From the human T2T-CHM13v2.0 reference genome, Homo sapiens, in the NCBI RefSeq assembly GCF_009914755.1, contig NC_060942.1: a DNA stretch of 64,000 nucleotides, one strand, 5' to 3'. This document shows positions 25,101-39,316 of the stretch, one piece after another. The notes beneath the pieces were generated by a model. The model was not told the origin of the DNA. It saw only the letters and a program-made list of their open reading frames with translations, and made no database searches. A program made the position numbers and the translations under genes. The first letter of the stretch is position 1; every line of letters begins with the position of its first letter.

Positions 25101-28100
25101 TTTTGAAATGATTCACCATGGGACCTGGTCCTGCTGTATGTCCCTTAACCTCCTAATAGATACTCCTGTCTACAAGATTGATTTTTTTTCCAAAAGTTAT
25201 GCCACACTTATACCTGCAAAATACAGGTGTTTGCAGAGGAATGACTGATATTTGTCAAGAATCTTGCCTCCGGTTTACTCCTGTTTGATTCTGGCCAGAA
25301 CAATAATTCATTTTCTGATAATGTACTTTTATAAATGTTACATTTTCATTATATATTAAAATTTTACAATGAGTGCTTGTCTCAAAAACCTTAACATAGG
25401 ATAGCCTATGTTATTTATTGGGAAGACTCTAAGATAAAACTATTATCTTTTTTTTTTTTCACTGAACTATATTAGATGAGGAAAAAGAAGAGAAATAATA
25501 AATACAGTGTGTTTGCCTCATAATAACCAGGCTAAATGCTACGTATATTTATCTAATTTGTATTTTTGTATAAATTACTGTCAGTGTGCATTAAATGACA
25601 TTTAAGTATTAAAAATTATATCTGTTTACTTGGACATTGGACCTGAAAATTTTCAAATGTTACCATTTTTAAAAGTTAAAGAAATGAGAACCCCCTACAA
25701 GTGAGGCAAGTTATATATTTTTTCTTAAATTTCAACAGTAAATGAATTGGTTAATTTTTTTAGTTCTTGTAGCTTTGTCTAAAAACGAAAGATGTTAATT
25801 GTCTCCGTAAACTGAAGATCACCTCTAGCATTTATAAACGGGCACCTGTCCCACAGGGTTTGCTGAAAAAGGCCCGTGCAGAACAGGCCAACCATTAACA
25901 CCCCCTGGCTCCTACTAAACCCCAGGTCTAATAGGCTGGTTTAGTTTGGCATTGAGGATTGCTATGTTCACAAAGAGACGCTTTATTTTCCCATAAATGA
26001 AGAGGATAGAAAGGAAGACCTCAAGAAGAAGACTTATAAAATTGGTGGTGCTCCTAAAGAAAAACACATTTCTTCTCTGACTGGGTGTTTGCTGTGCTAG
26101 AAAAAATTCAGACCTACTCTGATGTAGCTTCTGCAAATGTTATTAAATGAAAGTTTTCTTAGGCAAGTGGTCTGAGTCCTCAGACTATTAATACTGCCCA
26201 TTTAGTCCTCCCCAGTGCTATAGAGAATAGATAGATAACTTATTTCCCTTAAGACTGGGAGGTAGATCTGAATGTAGATATCTGCATGCATTTTTGGCCT
26301 GGACATTTTTGAGAGGAGCAAACATATTGGAGTACTGTGGAGCAATACTCCAGGACACTGTGGTGGCTTGAAGATAAGGATAACCCCTAGATTGTCTCTT
26401 CTATTTGCAGTGCTCTCTGCTGAGGCCGATGAAACTGGTGTCCATGAATTCAAAGAAGGAGATAGAGAGAACAAAGAGACTAGCAGTGAGAATGGGTGGA
26501 GTTCTCTTTCTAGGTGGCCAACAGCCAAGAAAATCAATGGACAACTTGAGTAGAGGTTGGAAGAAGGGCTAGGAAAAATACTGCTCTTCTGCTAATAGAA
26601 AAGCTGGTAATGGGAGTGGAGTTTATGTTTATCTTCACTGTAAAAGTATCCATTATATCATCAACACAAAAGATCGCCAAATCCTGAGGTGCTAGCTGAA
26701 AATAGATGGAACTAGACTGAAGCAAAAAAGGAATACCCCCAAAACTGACAAGTCTTTTCTAATCTTCCCCTGTGCTCCCACGGCAGAAGTTAGCATGTAG
26801 GAGACGAAAGGAGAATGCCGTTCCAGATTTGAGTAAAATTCTCACCCCATCTCTGTGCCCCCCAACAGCAATCAATAACACACCCCCATTCCGTGCTTGA
26901 AAGAGAAGGGTTGGAAAGGAGAAGGAAATGTTAAAATAGGATTAAAAACAAAATTTTAGAAAGTATTTTCATCTTTAGCATCATTTTGTATTAAATATCT
27001 GGAATAGTACTTTTGCTGAAAACAATTTAAAAGCTTTAAAAGCTAAAGAAAATATTAAAAAGAATATCCCCTTCAAACTAGAAAGGAAAGTGAAAATTCT
27101 AAAGAGACCAAAGCATGGACCCAGGAAGCTGAATGAAGACTACAGTGGGCTTTTATCATTTATACGCCAAACACAGATGTATTTTAGCCTGCATTCTGTG
27201 GCCGTCCATGGCACAGGGAAAGGAGACAATGCCTTAGAAATTTCCCAAGGCAGTAAGTCTAAAAGAAAAAAAAAAAATCTAAGAAGCTGGGAGGCCAAAG
27301 GTTAAATCAGACTACAGCTACCTCCTACTCCTCAAAAAAAAAAGAAAAAAAAAAAGTTACCAGATAACATTAAAAAACAATTACCAAAAAAAAAAAAACT
27401 CCAAAATGTACACCTTACACACCCATATAAGACTCCCATATAAGACTCCAAACTGCCCATATAAGACGAACTTGCCATGTAAGACTCCAAATTGAATTGA
27501 TAAGTGTGCTCTGACTATTCCAGTGACAGGTCATGGTTATACTCTTTTCTCTTTCCTTCTCCTCAGGCCTATTTCTTGAGCTACAGCAATATTGAAATTA
27601 GCCCAAACGGTAACCCTAAAATGACTTCTAAGTGTTCAAGTGAAAGGAAGAGTGACATGTCTCTCACTGTAACTCAAAAAGTAGGAATGAATAAGCTTAA
27701 TGAGGAAGGCATGTCAAAACATTTTCAATTCAGATGAAATAGCTTTATATTAAAAAAAAAGATGTCATCTAAGACTTGCATGGCTAGAGAGAAGTCAATG
27801 ATGGCTTCAAAGCTTCAATGGATAGGGTGACTCTCTTGTTAGTGGTTAATGCAGCTGGTGACCTTAAGTTGAAGGCAATAATCAATTACCATTCTGAAAC
27901 TTATAGGCCTTTAAGAATGATGCTAAATTTACTCTGCCTGTGCTTTATAAATGAAACACAAAGCCACGGTGACAGCACATCTGTTTACAATATGGTTTAT
28001 TGATTATTTTATATCCACTGTCGAGATCTACTCCTCAGGAAAAAATATTTCATTCAAAATATTATTGCTCATTAACAATGCACTTAGTCGCCCAAGAACT

Positions 28101-28370
28101 CTAATGGAGAAGTACGAGGAGACTAATGTTGTTTTCATTGTTGCTAACACACCATCTATTCAGCCAAAAAATAAATGAGTACTTTTGACTTTCAAGTCAT
28201 GTTAGTTAAAGAAAACTTTTCATAAGGTCATAGCTGCCATAGATGGTGATTCTTCTGATGGATTTGGGCAACATAAACTGAAAACCTGAACATTTCACCA
28301 CTCTAGATGCCATTAATACCATTCATAATTCATGGGAAGGGCCAAAATATAATCATGAAAAGGAATTTGG

Positions 28371-28670
28371 GGCCAGGTGGGGTGGCTCACCCCTGTAATC
28401 CCAGCACTTTGGGAGGCTGTGTCGGGTGGAGCAACTCAAGTCGGGGGTTCAAGAACAGCCAGACCAACATGGAGAGAAATGCTGTCTCTACTAAAAATAC
28501 AAAATTAGCTGGGTGTGTTTGTGCATGCCTATAACCTGCTACTCGGGAGGCTGAGGCAGAAGAATTGCTTGAACCCCAGGAGGCGGAGGTTGCAGTCAGC
28601 CAAGATCTCACCATTGCACTCCAGCCTAGGTGACAAGAGCAAAACTCTGTCAAAAAAAAAAAAAAAAAAA
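28371..28670 (+). mobile_element. Alu SINE, AluS-type, inside Tigger1
   Basis: GGCCAGGTGGGGTGGCTCAC...GAATTGCTTGAACCC..GGAGGCGGAGGTTGCAGT...A-tail; degenerate TSD GA(A/G)TTTGG. Confidence 0.95.
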
Positions 28671-29008
28671 AGATGAGTTTGGACTAAGTTTATTCAAGCC
28701 CACATAGATGACTTTGAGGGTTCAAGACTTTGGTGGAAGAAGTAACTACAGATATGGTAAAAATAGCAAGATAACTAGAATTAGAAGTGAAGTCTGATGA
28801 TGTTACTGAATTACTGCAATTACACGATAAAACTTGAATGGATGAGAAGCTGATTTTTAGGAAGGAGCAAACAAAGTGGTTTCTTCAGATTGAATCTACT
28901 CCTGGTGATGATGCTGTGAACATTGTTGAAATGACAGCAAAGGATTTAGAATATTAGATAAACGTAATTGATGAAGCAATGACACGTTTTGAGATGATTG
29001 ACTCCAGT

Positions 29009-29170
29009 GTTTTTTTATGCAAGCCCTCAAGCATTTATCCTTTGAGTTGCAAACAATCCAATTATACTCTAAGTTATTTTTAAATGTACAATTAAATTAT
29101 AATTGACTACAGTCAGCCGGTTGCGCTCTCAAATAGTAGGTCTTATTCATTATTTCTAATTATTTTTAAA
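29009..29170 (-). mobile_element. L1MA (L1MA1-3-like) 3' UTR fragment inserted in Tigger1
   Basis: CCCTCAAGCATTTATCCTTTGAGTTGCAAACAATCCAATTATAC...CAAATAGTAGGTCTTATTCATT interrupts Tigger1 between ATTGACTCCA and TTCTACT. Confidence 0.82.
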
Positions 29171-30051
29171 ATTCTACTTGTGGATAAAAGACCATTAAAC
29201 AGCATTCCATGCTGAAGAGAAATCTTTTGTAAAAGAGTTAATCAGTACAGCAAGCTTTGTTGTCTTATTTTAAGAAATTGCCATAGCCACCCTAACCTTC
29301 GGTAACCACAAGCCTGATCAGTCAGCAGCTGTCACCATGGAGGCAAGAGTCTCCACAAGCAAAAATATTATGACTCGCTGAAGGCTCAGAGGAATATTAG
29401 CTTTCTAAGCAGTACTTTCAAATTAACGTATGTACGTTGGTAGTTTACACCATTTAATGCTATTGCACATTTATAAACTATAGCATAAGGTAAACATAAC
29501 TTTTACATGCACTGGGAAACCAAAAAAATGTGTGTGACTTACTTTATTGTGATATTTGCTTTATTGTGGTGACCTGGAAGTAAACCCATAGTATCTTTGG
29601 GTTATGCCTGTATACGACCATAAGTTAAAAGTGTACCCAAGAACAAAAAATATTACTGAAGATAAAAGGGAACAGGATAAATAAAATAAAAGGATCAATC
29701 CATCAGGTAATCATAAGGATTCTAAATGTGTATGAACCAAGTAAGCAAACCTCAAAATAAATAAAGCAAAAAAGGATAGGATTGAATGGATAATTAGACA
29801 AGTCCACAATTATAACTGGGGACTTTTAACACCCTCTTCTCTGCAACTCATAACTAATAGAACTACTAGAAAGTAAAATGGCAAGTATCTAGAGGATATG
29901 AGCAACACCATGAGAATCTAATCAACATTGATAGAAACTCCACCTAGAAATAGCAGAATATACTTTTTGTTTTCATGTACTCATGGGATATTCCAAAAGG
30001 CATCTTGGATCCAAAAAACTAACCTTCAATTCATTTAAAATAATTGAAATC

Positions 30052-30143
30052 ATACATGTTATTTTATCTGACCATAATTAAGTTATATTTGAAACCATGG
30101 TTTAAAGTATAATTTAATTATGGTCAGATAATATAACATGTAT
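30052..30143. repeat. 92-bp near-perfect palindrome (46-bp arms, 4 mismatches, no spacer)
   Basis: ATACATGTTATTTTATCTGACCATAATTAAGTTATATTTGAAACCA|TGGTTTAAAGTATAATTTAATTATGGTCAGATAATATAACATGTAT. Confidence 0.97.
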
Positions 30144-31061
30144 ATTCCAGAAATAAAACAGGAGAATCTTCATGCACTTAAAAATTAAATTATGTACTTC
30201 CAAATAAACTGTATGCCAAAGATAAATCCTTAACTAAAATATTTAAAAGGTGACAAGACTGAATGAAAATACAACATATCAAAACATGTGTGAGCTGGGT
30301 AAAATAGTGCTGAGAAAAAAGAATTATACCATAGCATCAAAAGCTCATATTATTTAAGAGGAATATTTAAAATAAAAAAATCTAAGTTTCTGGATCAACA
30401 AACTAGAAAAAGAAAAGCAAAATCCCAAAGAACAGAAGTAAAGGAACAAGGTATAAGAACAAAAATCAATGAAACTGAAAACAGAAGAAAATTAATAAAA
30501 CAAAATTCTGTTCTTCAGAATAATACATAAAATTCATATAACTGCAGAAGAACTGAAACATTAAAAAAGGAAAAAAAGAAATACATCACTGATATCAAGG
30601 ATCAAATAGGAATATCACTACAGATCTTACAATCATTAAAGAAATAATAAGGGATTACTATGAGCAAGTTCTTGTTCATAAATTAAACATCTTAGAACAA
30701 ATGAATCAATTTCATGAAAACCACAAGTTACCAAAATGAAACTAACTAGATAATACTATTAGGCCTATAACTATTGAAGAAATTAGATTCATAATTTAAA
30801 AGCCCTCTAAAAAGAAATCTCTAGGCTGAGATGTCTTCACTTGGGGATCTTCTAAACATGCAAAAAATAAAAACATAAAATTTACATAATCTCTTACAGA
30901 AAATAAAAGAGGAGGAAACACTTCCAAACTGTTTATGAGGCGGGAACTACTCTGATCTGATCAAACAGTGTAAAAAAACAAAACAAAACAAAATACACGA
31001 TAAAACTCTACAGGCTGCTCTCTCTCATTAACTTAGAATAAAAACAAAAAAATTGCTTTAA

Positions 31062-31357
31062 GTCTGGGAGCTGTGGCTTACGCCTGTGATACCAACACTT
31101 TGGAAGGCCGAGGCAGGAGGATTGCTTGAGCACAGAGTTAACCGGCATGGGCAACATAGCAAGACCCTGTCTCTACAAAAGAAATACAAAAATTAGCCGG
31201 GGGTGGTGGCTCGTGCCTATAGTCCTGGCTGTTTGGAGAGCTGAGGTGGGAGAATCCCGAGTGCAGGAGTTCAATGCTGCAGTGAGCTAGGATTGCGCGA
31301 ATGCACTCCAGCCTGCACTGCACTCCAACAGAGGGAGATGCTGTCCCTTAAATAAAA
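31062..31357 (+). mobile_element. Alu SINE, AluJ-type
   Basis: GAGGCAGGAGGATTGCTTGAG, GGCAACATAGCAAGACCCTGTCTCTAC, GCTGCAGTGAGCTA: J-type diagnostics; diverged. Confidence 0.92.
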
Positions 31358-31871
31358 GTAGCAGATTAAATCCAGCAACATACAAAAATTATTACACAAC
31401 ATGACTAAGCGTGAAGCATTAGAGGCATGCAAAATTGACTCAACATTTGAAAATCAACCAGTGCAATCCATATAGCAAAAGACAAAAAAAAAAATCATAT
31501 CACCTGAAGAAAAACTCACTCTTCAAGATACAACACACATTCCTTTAAAAGCACTCAAAATGTTAAGACTAGAAATGAATTACCTTTACTTGATAACAAA
31601 TGTCTACAAAAACCCTACAGCTAACATCACCCCTAATGTTGAAAGAGTGAATGGTTTTACCTCAAGATCATGAACACGGAGAGACTGTCTGCTTACAGAA
31701 CTCTTGTCACTCTTATTTGACATAGTACTGAAAGTCTAGCCACAGCAATAAGGAAAAAAAAAGCCTACTGATAGGAAAGAAAAAATGTTTTAAAAATCTC
31801 AATTTTCAGATGAGTATCTTTATGAAAACCCCCAAGAAACCTACAAAAATCCTCCTACAACAAATAAATGA

Positions 31872-32288
<417 letters not shown>

Positions 32289-33230
32289 TGAAATTAAAAG
32301 CATAAAAACATGTAAAAATACCCCAAATGAAATTAAATAGCACTCTACAATCTTAACAAAATATACGGGATATGTATTCTTAAAATTACAAAATACTACT
32401 GAAATAAATATCGCCATTAAATAAACAGAGACACATATCATGTCCATAAAACGAAAGACTCAACGTAGCAAACATATCAATGTGCCCCAGCTTGAGCTAT
32501 AAATTTAACAGCATCTCAGAGTTTTAAGACATAAACTATTCAAAATGTATATAGAAAAACAAAGAAACTTGTTTAGCAAAAACACTCTGGAAATAGAATG
32601 AAATTGGAGGGATTACTTTATTAAATATTATGGTTTAATATGCAACTACAGTTACCGAGACAGTGTGGTATTGGAGAGGAACAGGCTCACAGATCAATAG
32701 AACAAAACAGAGAACTTAGAAATGAACCCACAAATATACGTTCAAGTGATTTTTGATGAAAATGTGTAAGTGCTCAAATGGAGGAACAATCACCAAATGG
32801 TGCTGGAACATATGGACTTCTGTAGGCACAAATATGAACCTCAACTGAGTACTTGCACCCTGCATTCAAATAAACCAAGAATGGATCGTGAACTTAACTG
32901 TAAAATGCAAAATGTAAAACTACAAAACTTTCAGAAAAAAATTCTTGAGACCGAGGCTTATCACAGATTTCTTGTGTTTGACAACAAAAGTATAATCCAT
33001 AAATATTAAATCAATATATAGGACCTCATCAAAATTTTCTGTTCTGCCTAAGACCCTGTTAAGAGCATAAAAGCCAGCCTACAGATTAAAAAAAATAATA
33101 ATAATTGCAAACCACAAGTAACTTTTCACCTTTTAAAAATCTTTTCATTTTGAAATAATTACAAACTCACAGGATGCTACAACAATAAATAGAGTCCTAG
33201 GAGCCCTCCTTTGGCTTCTCCAATGTGACT

Positions 33231-33522
33231 TTTTCTTAACTTTTATTTTAGGTTTGGGGTACATGTGCCAGTTTGTTATATAAGAAAATTGCATGTCACG
33301 GGGGTTTGGTGTAGAGATTATTTTGACACAGGTAATAAGCATAGTACCTGATAGGTAGCTGTTTGATCCTCACCCTTCTCCACCCTCCACCTTCACATAG
33401 GCACCAGTTTCTGTTTGTTGTTCTCTTCTTTGTGTCCACATGTACCCAATGTTTAGCTTCTGCTTATAAGTGAGGCTATGTGGTATTTGGTTTCTGCTCC
33501 TGAATTAGTTTGCTTAAGGTAT
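33231..33522 (-). mobile_element. L1PA15/16-like 3' end inserted antisense in the older L1
   Basis: AACTTTTATTTTAGGTTTGGGGTACATGTGC...GCATGTCACGGGGGTTTGGTGTA...AGGTAATAAGCATAGTACCTGATAGGTAG. Confidence 0.88.
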
Positions 33523-34415
33523 AAAGAACTAGTGTCTGGTATACATAAAGTACACTCAAAACTCAATAACTACAAAGCTGATATTCAAATCAGAAAATGG
33601 ACAAAATTCATAACTAAGCACTTCACCAAAGAAGATATACAAATGGAAAATCAGCACATGAAAAGATATTCAGCATCACTAGCCATTAGGAAAATAAGAA
33701 TTAAAATGAAAATTAAATATTACCACATACCTATCTGAGTAGCTAACATAAGATTTAAAAAATAATAGTGACAACACTAAACGCTGGCAAGGACACAGCA
33801 TAACTGGATTACTGATACATAAAAATGCAAAAATAAAATAGTGCAGCCACTCAAAAACAGTTTAGCAGTTTCTTATGAAACTAAATAATGCAATTACCAT
33901 ACAACCTGGTAATTGCTCTCCCAGGCATTTATCCCAGAGAAATGAAAACATATGTTCATATATACACAAATGCTCATGACAGCTTTATTTCTATTAGCAA
34001 ATATTGGAAACATCTCAATGTCCTTCAAACTGTTGACTGATTAACAAAAAGTAAACAAACACAAATCAACAAACTGTGCTACATCTATGTGAAGACTTAC
34101 CAAATAGTGAAAGGAAACCAACCACTGATACACACAATGACTCGGATGGATCTCAAGAGAACTATGCTGAGTGATATAAGCCAATCCCAATGAGTTACAT
34201 ACTGTATTATTTCTTATATATGATTCCTTTGTACATAGGCAGAGAACAGATTAGTGGTAGCCAGTGGATCATGACAGGGGAGTTGAGGTAGAAGGGTAGG
34301 AGGGATATAGTTGTCTTAATAAAAGGGCAGTATAAGGAATCTCTGTAATGACAGAATTGTGATGTTGGATATACCAATCTATACCTCCAATGAAACTGCA
34401 TATAACTAAACATAT

Positions 34416-34416
<1 letters not shown>

Positions 34417-34453
<37 letters not shown>
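34417..34453. repeat. (CA)n microsatellite, about 18 units
   Basis: Direct reading; lies in the L1 3' UTR. Confidence 0.97.
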
Positions 34454-34456
<3 letters not shown>

Positions 34457-34645
34457 AAAGACAAATACATGTAAAACGAAAATGTGAACAAGAGAGGTTA
34501 ATTGTGTCAATATCATTTTTCTGCTTGTAATATTGTACTATATCAAGTTTTTACCTTTGGGGAAACTGGGTAACTTTTGCACAAGATCTCTGTATTATTT
34601 CTTACACTTGTGTGTTGATCTAAATGTATTTCAAAATAAAGTTTA

Positions 34646-34957
<312 letters not shown>

Positions 34958-34974
34958 TTAATGAAAATTCCAGC

Positions 34975-35570
34975 TAGGAAGACACTATGGAGGTTTCTCA
35001 TAAAAATAAAAATAAAAATGAAACTATCATATCATCTAGTAATTCCATTTCTGGGTATATAACCAAAGAAACTGAAATCAGCATCTTGAAGATTTACCTG
35101 AATTCCCGTGTTCATTACAGCATGATTCACAATAGCCAAGATATAAAATCAACCTAACTGTCCATTGATGGATGAAAGGATAAGCAAAATGTGGTGTACA
35201 AGGGGATATTATTCAGTCTTTAAATAAAAAGGAAAGCCTGCCAAATCCAACAATGTGGATGAACCTAGAGGACATAATGCTAAATGAAACGTATCAGCCA
35301 CAGAGGGACAAATACCACATGATTGCGCTTATATGAGGTATCTAGAAAAGTCAAACTCAGAGATAGAGAGTAGAATAGTAGTTGCCAGGGCCTGGGAGGA
35401 GGGGAAATGAAGAGTCTCTGTCCAATGAGTATAAACTTTCAGTTGTGCAAGGTGAATAGGATCAGTGTACAACATTGTACTTACAGTGCATTATATACAC
35501 TGTGCTAAAACTCTGCGACAAGGGCAGAACTTATGTTAAGTATTCTTACCACAACAGCAACAAAATATAA
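34975..35570 (+). mobile_element. L1MA9/L1MA10/L1MB-type 3' end
   Basis: TATGGAGGTTTCTCA...ATTCACAATAGCCAAGATA...GGATGAACCTAGAGGACATAATGCTAAATGAAA...TTATGTTAAGTATTCTTACCACAA. Confidence 0.88.
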
Positions 35571-35589
35571 ATCTATAAATAATATCTAA

Positions 35590-36050
35590 TAGCAGTGTAT
35601 GAGAATTTCTTCTCACATGCTTGTCAGTGCATAGTATTCTCATACATGTTTTAAAAATATCATCAGTATTGTTCTCATTGTCTTAATTTGCATTCCCTTT
35701 ATCTGTTGGGAAGCAGACCCTCTTTTAATACATTTGTTCATTGGCCATTAGAACTTCATTTTCTGTGGATTTCTAGTTCATATTGTTCACTGTATTTTAA
35801 TTTGGGTTTTGTCTTTTTCTTACCGATTCATAGGAATTCTGTATGTGTTCTGAATACTCATATTTTGCTGGTTTTGGATAGTGTATATTCTCCCATCTCT
35901 GGCTTATCTCTTTGTGTCTTTGTTGCTATTGTGGTGGTGGTTGTAGTATAAGCACTTCGTTTTTATGTAATCAAAATTATCATTATTATTTATGTTGTAT
36001 GCTTTAGGGGTCTTGATTTAAAAATCTGTTATACCTTAGGATCATAAATA
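35590..36050 (-). mobile_element. Old L1ME-type fragment
   Basis: TCTCATTGTCTTAATTTGCATTCCC...CATTTGTTCATTGGCCATT...GTCTTTTTCTTACCGATTCATAGGAATTCT resembles antisense ORF2 3' end. Confidence 0.7.
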
Positions 36051-36584
36051 TGATCTACCAAAAAAATGGTAACTAGAAGGAAAAGAGAACTTACCTACCA
36101 TATTTGGTAGGCTTATTTAAAAGGATGAGGAGCAGCTAGATACAAAATTGTAGATATGACCTACTTGTGAGGAGTGAGATGCTGCAGGGAGGTGACTCAG
36201 CTTCAGGAGGATCCTGGCAGATTGGCTGAATCACCCGTATTTAAGTTATGTGGCGAATACTAGAGATTTAGCATTATTCTCACACTTTCATGTATATTCT
36301 TTGTGTGAATTCCTTAAATATTCAGATAATTTTTGATAAGAGTATAAGATAGGATGAAACAAAATGACAATAAATAAAACTAAGGATTAAATACTGAAAT
36401 CAGACTAGAGTAGTAAGTGTAGACACTGACAAATTACAAAACCTGATCAAGTTGTCAATAGGTGAATTCAACTCAAAGGGAAAATGTAATTATAACATGC
36501 TCATTTAAAGGAGTAACAGTATTTTCTTTCGTTGTTTCATTTCAAAGAAATGCAATCCCTCACTAATCCAATTTTACTTGTATT

Positions 36585-36840
36585 AGTAGAATCTCTTGTG
36601 GAAAATTTCCTCGCCAACCCCACCCTGTTTCACAGACAGCCCTTCCAAGTTTAGGTCAGACTCTCTTACGAGAATCTATTGTTCCCTGTTTATAGCTCTG
36701 TCAGAACAATTACGCATGCTGCTTTGTCACTAACCTTTCAGGTCTTTATCAGCAGGTGTCCAGTGCAATCATTCTATACTGTAGAAACTGTATACATATT
36801 TGCTGAATAATTAAGGAACAAATACATGTATAAATAAATG
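36585..36840 (+). mobile_element. L2 LINE 3' fragment
   Basis: Ends in L2-like tail ATACATATTTGCTGAATAATTAAGGAACAAAT...AATAAATG. Confidence 0.45.
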
Positions 36841-39316
36841 ACAGCGAAGCAATTGCAACTTATTTTCTGGTGATTAAATACAATATATTCAGTAATTCAA
36901 ATACAATTCAAATATATTTAACATTGTATTTGAAAAATTATTTGATCCAATGTCTCCCTACATATTTTAAAAACCTTTTTTCATAGGAAAAAAAAAACAT
37001 TGATGGGGCCTCAAAGATATGTCTCAGGTTTTTGAGAGATGACTAATTAAAATAAAAAGGTGGGTATACGTGTAATTTATGTCAATAGTGCTTGAAATAA
37101 CTTAGGAAAGTGCTTAGGCCACTGGGGGTCTCTTAATAATCCAGTGCAGGAGTTTCAAAGCATCCATCTCTTGCTCAAGGCACAATGGTATGCCCTGATC
37201 TGCACTCACTTTGAACCAATTGCATGCATCTAAATATTTAATTTACAAAGCTGTCAGTAAGCATTACAATTGTATGAAAAGACTAAAGGTTTCATTCATT
37301 TTTATGTAAAGCAAGATTATGAAAAGAAAAATGAACGTAAGATTCCCAGTACACTTCTGGCAAACTGGAAGCAACAGGCTTCATTTGCAGCTAATGACTG
37401 AGTAGACGTAAAACTAAGCAAAGAAAGGATGCAAGGCGCCCGAAACAGAAAGCACACAGATGGAGCAAGCAGGTGGCATGAACGCAGCAGGAGCTGATGA
37501 TGAACAGAATACTGATGGTAGGAAAATATGACCAGATTCCATAAATTCAGATGTATTTCAGCAGAGGCTACTAAATTTTAGAGGACAGAATCAGAAACCC
37601 ATCTGGGGCACTTATGGTTGATATAGGAAAGTTGCCAGCACTTGAAAACAATGCAATGCCTCTGTCTTATTGAATAAGGAATTGGTATAAGTCACCAGGA
37701 TTGAGTCATTATTTCTAATTTTGTTGTGGACCTTGAATGGAAACCTTTTGGTTAGGTAAGATTTAAGAGGATATTTTTGTATACAGCTAAAGAGATGAAT
37801 ATGTATATTCTATGAAGTGCAGTAGCCTGAACTATTATAAAATAAAGGAAAAAAGTAAAAGAAATATGTCTATCTTCAGCCTAATTGGTAATAACCCTTG
37901 ATGTGTCACCAAAGTTTTGAATAAGTCTCTTGCAAAATAAAACACATTCATATAGAAATGTGTCAAAGAACATTAATAAACACTGAGAGCTTGCATGTAC
38001 TATGAAATACTGTTCTTTGAGATAGAGGTAGGAAGAGAAAGTTGAACAAAATCATCCTCTTCTTTTTCCTTTAAAATATTTTGGACTACGAAATAACTTA
38101 AAAGTATTTTAAGTAGTTTATCACCAAAATGTTATTTCAAACCCTAATTTAAAAATCAGCTTAAAGTGATCTTGAATCACTTAACTTTAGCTTATACATT
38201 GCATAATATTAATGTACCATCTATATCACCTATGAAAACCTCTGAGGAATTGTCCAAGGCTTCAGTGGATGTAATGACAATGACACTGACTCAGACAGCT
38301 CTTTTCATAGTTGTTCCTCCTGTTTGCTCAGGAAAACAAATTGTTATGCTTTCATGCATATTCTAATTTTATATAGATTACTAAATAATATGAATCTGGT
38401 CTACAATTAGCACAGTAGAGTCAATAAATCTGTAAAAGTGATTTTACAAAAAAAGTTGATTTATCAACTTCATATGAAATGTATACCTCATAGAGATTAA
38501 TGCCCAGATCTTTTGGCCTGGTAAATCAGTATGTAAAAAATACTAATATAACATGTAAACTAAAAGAATCATTCATCTGAGAAATAAATATGCAGTTCAG
38601 GAACATTAGGGATAGAGCATAGCAAAAAAACACATGTGGTATAAATCCAAATTCCAGGTGTTGACTTAAAAATTGTGATATTTGGTACATTGTAAATTGT
38701 AAAGATTTTTTCATTGGTAAATTTTCTTTCTGAAATACATATTTGGAAAATCCAAGGATCAGATATTATAGTTTATGAACACAAATAAGAAAGTAATTTA
38801 AAAATAATTTTAAAGGGAAATCTAGAATTTGCTTATCTCCCTATTTTGTGATATGAAGCAAAAGGCTTAATCCCTCATTATGAAATCTGGCATGCATAAA
38901 CCTTAAATGATACACTCTTGGCTCTCAGGCTACTTTCAATCTAGGAATATATAAAAACCCATCATATATATTTTAAATGAAATAAGTGATTATCTAATAA
39001 TTAATATAGGAAAATCAGACGAATTGTCTTAATGTTTTCAATGTTTTATCTCATATATGCATTGATTTAATACATTTATTCCTCAAATATTACTATATGA
39101 AAATGACTTTAAAATGATCTTACACACATAAATAATATGTACAATTTCCCTTTTAAAATAATCTTGAAATGCATTTATTGGGAGAAATACTAGTGATAAT
39201 ACTGCAATGGGAAATGTATGACAAAGTTGCAGTACTGGTAATAGAAATGAAATGAAAGACATAAATTAGAATTTTCTAAAGCTTTTTACATTTATAAAGA
39301 ATTGTAGCAAGAGGAG

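Larger units (their letters stand above)
27422..29610 (+). mobile_element. Tigger1 DNA transposon, 5'-truncated, internally deleted, carrying Alu and L1 insertions; transposase is a pseudogene
   Basis: Peptides MTSKCSSERKS, DRVTLLLVVNAAGDLKLK, TAHLFTIWF, KILLLINNA match Tigger1 transposase; 3' terminus ...GGGTTATGCCTG|TA at 29610; jump from GGCATGTCAAAAC to ATTTTCAAT at about 27720. Confidence 0.95.

Noticed and set aside
37465-37480. CTCF-like motif CAAGCAGGTGGCA (similar at 56477-56488)
   Set aside because: Single imperfect matches with no supporting context; cannot be told from chance.
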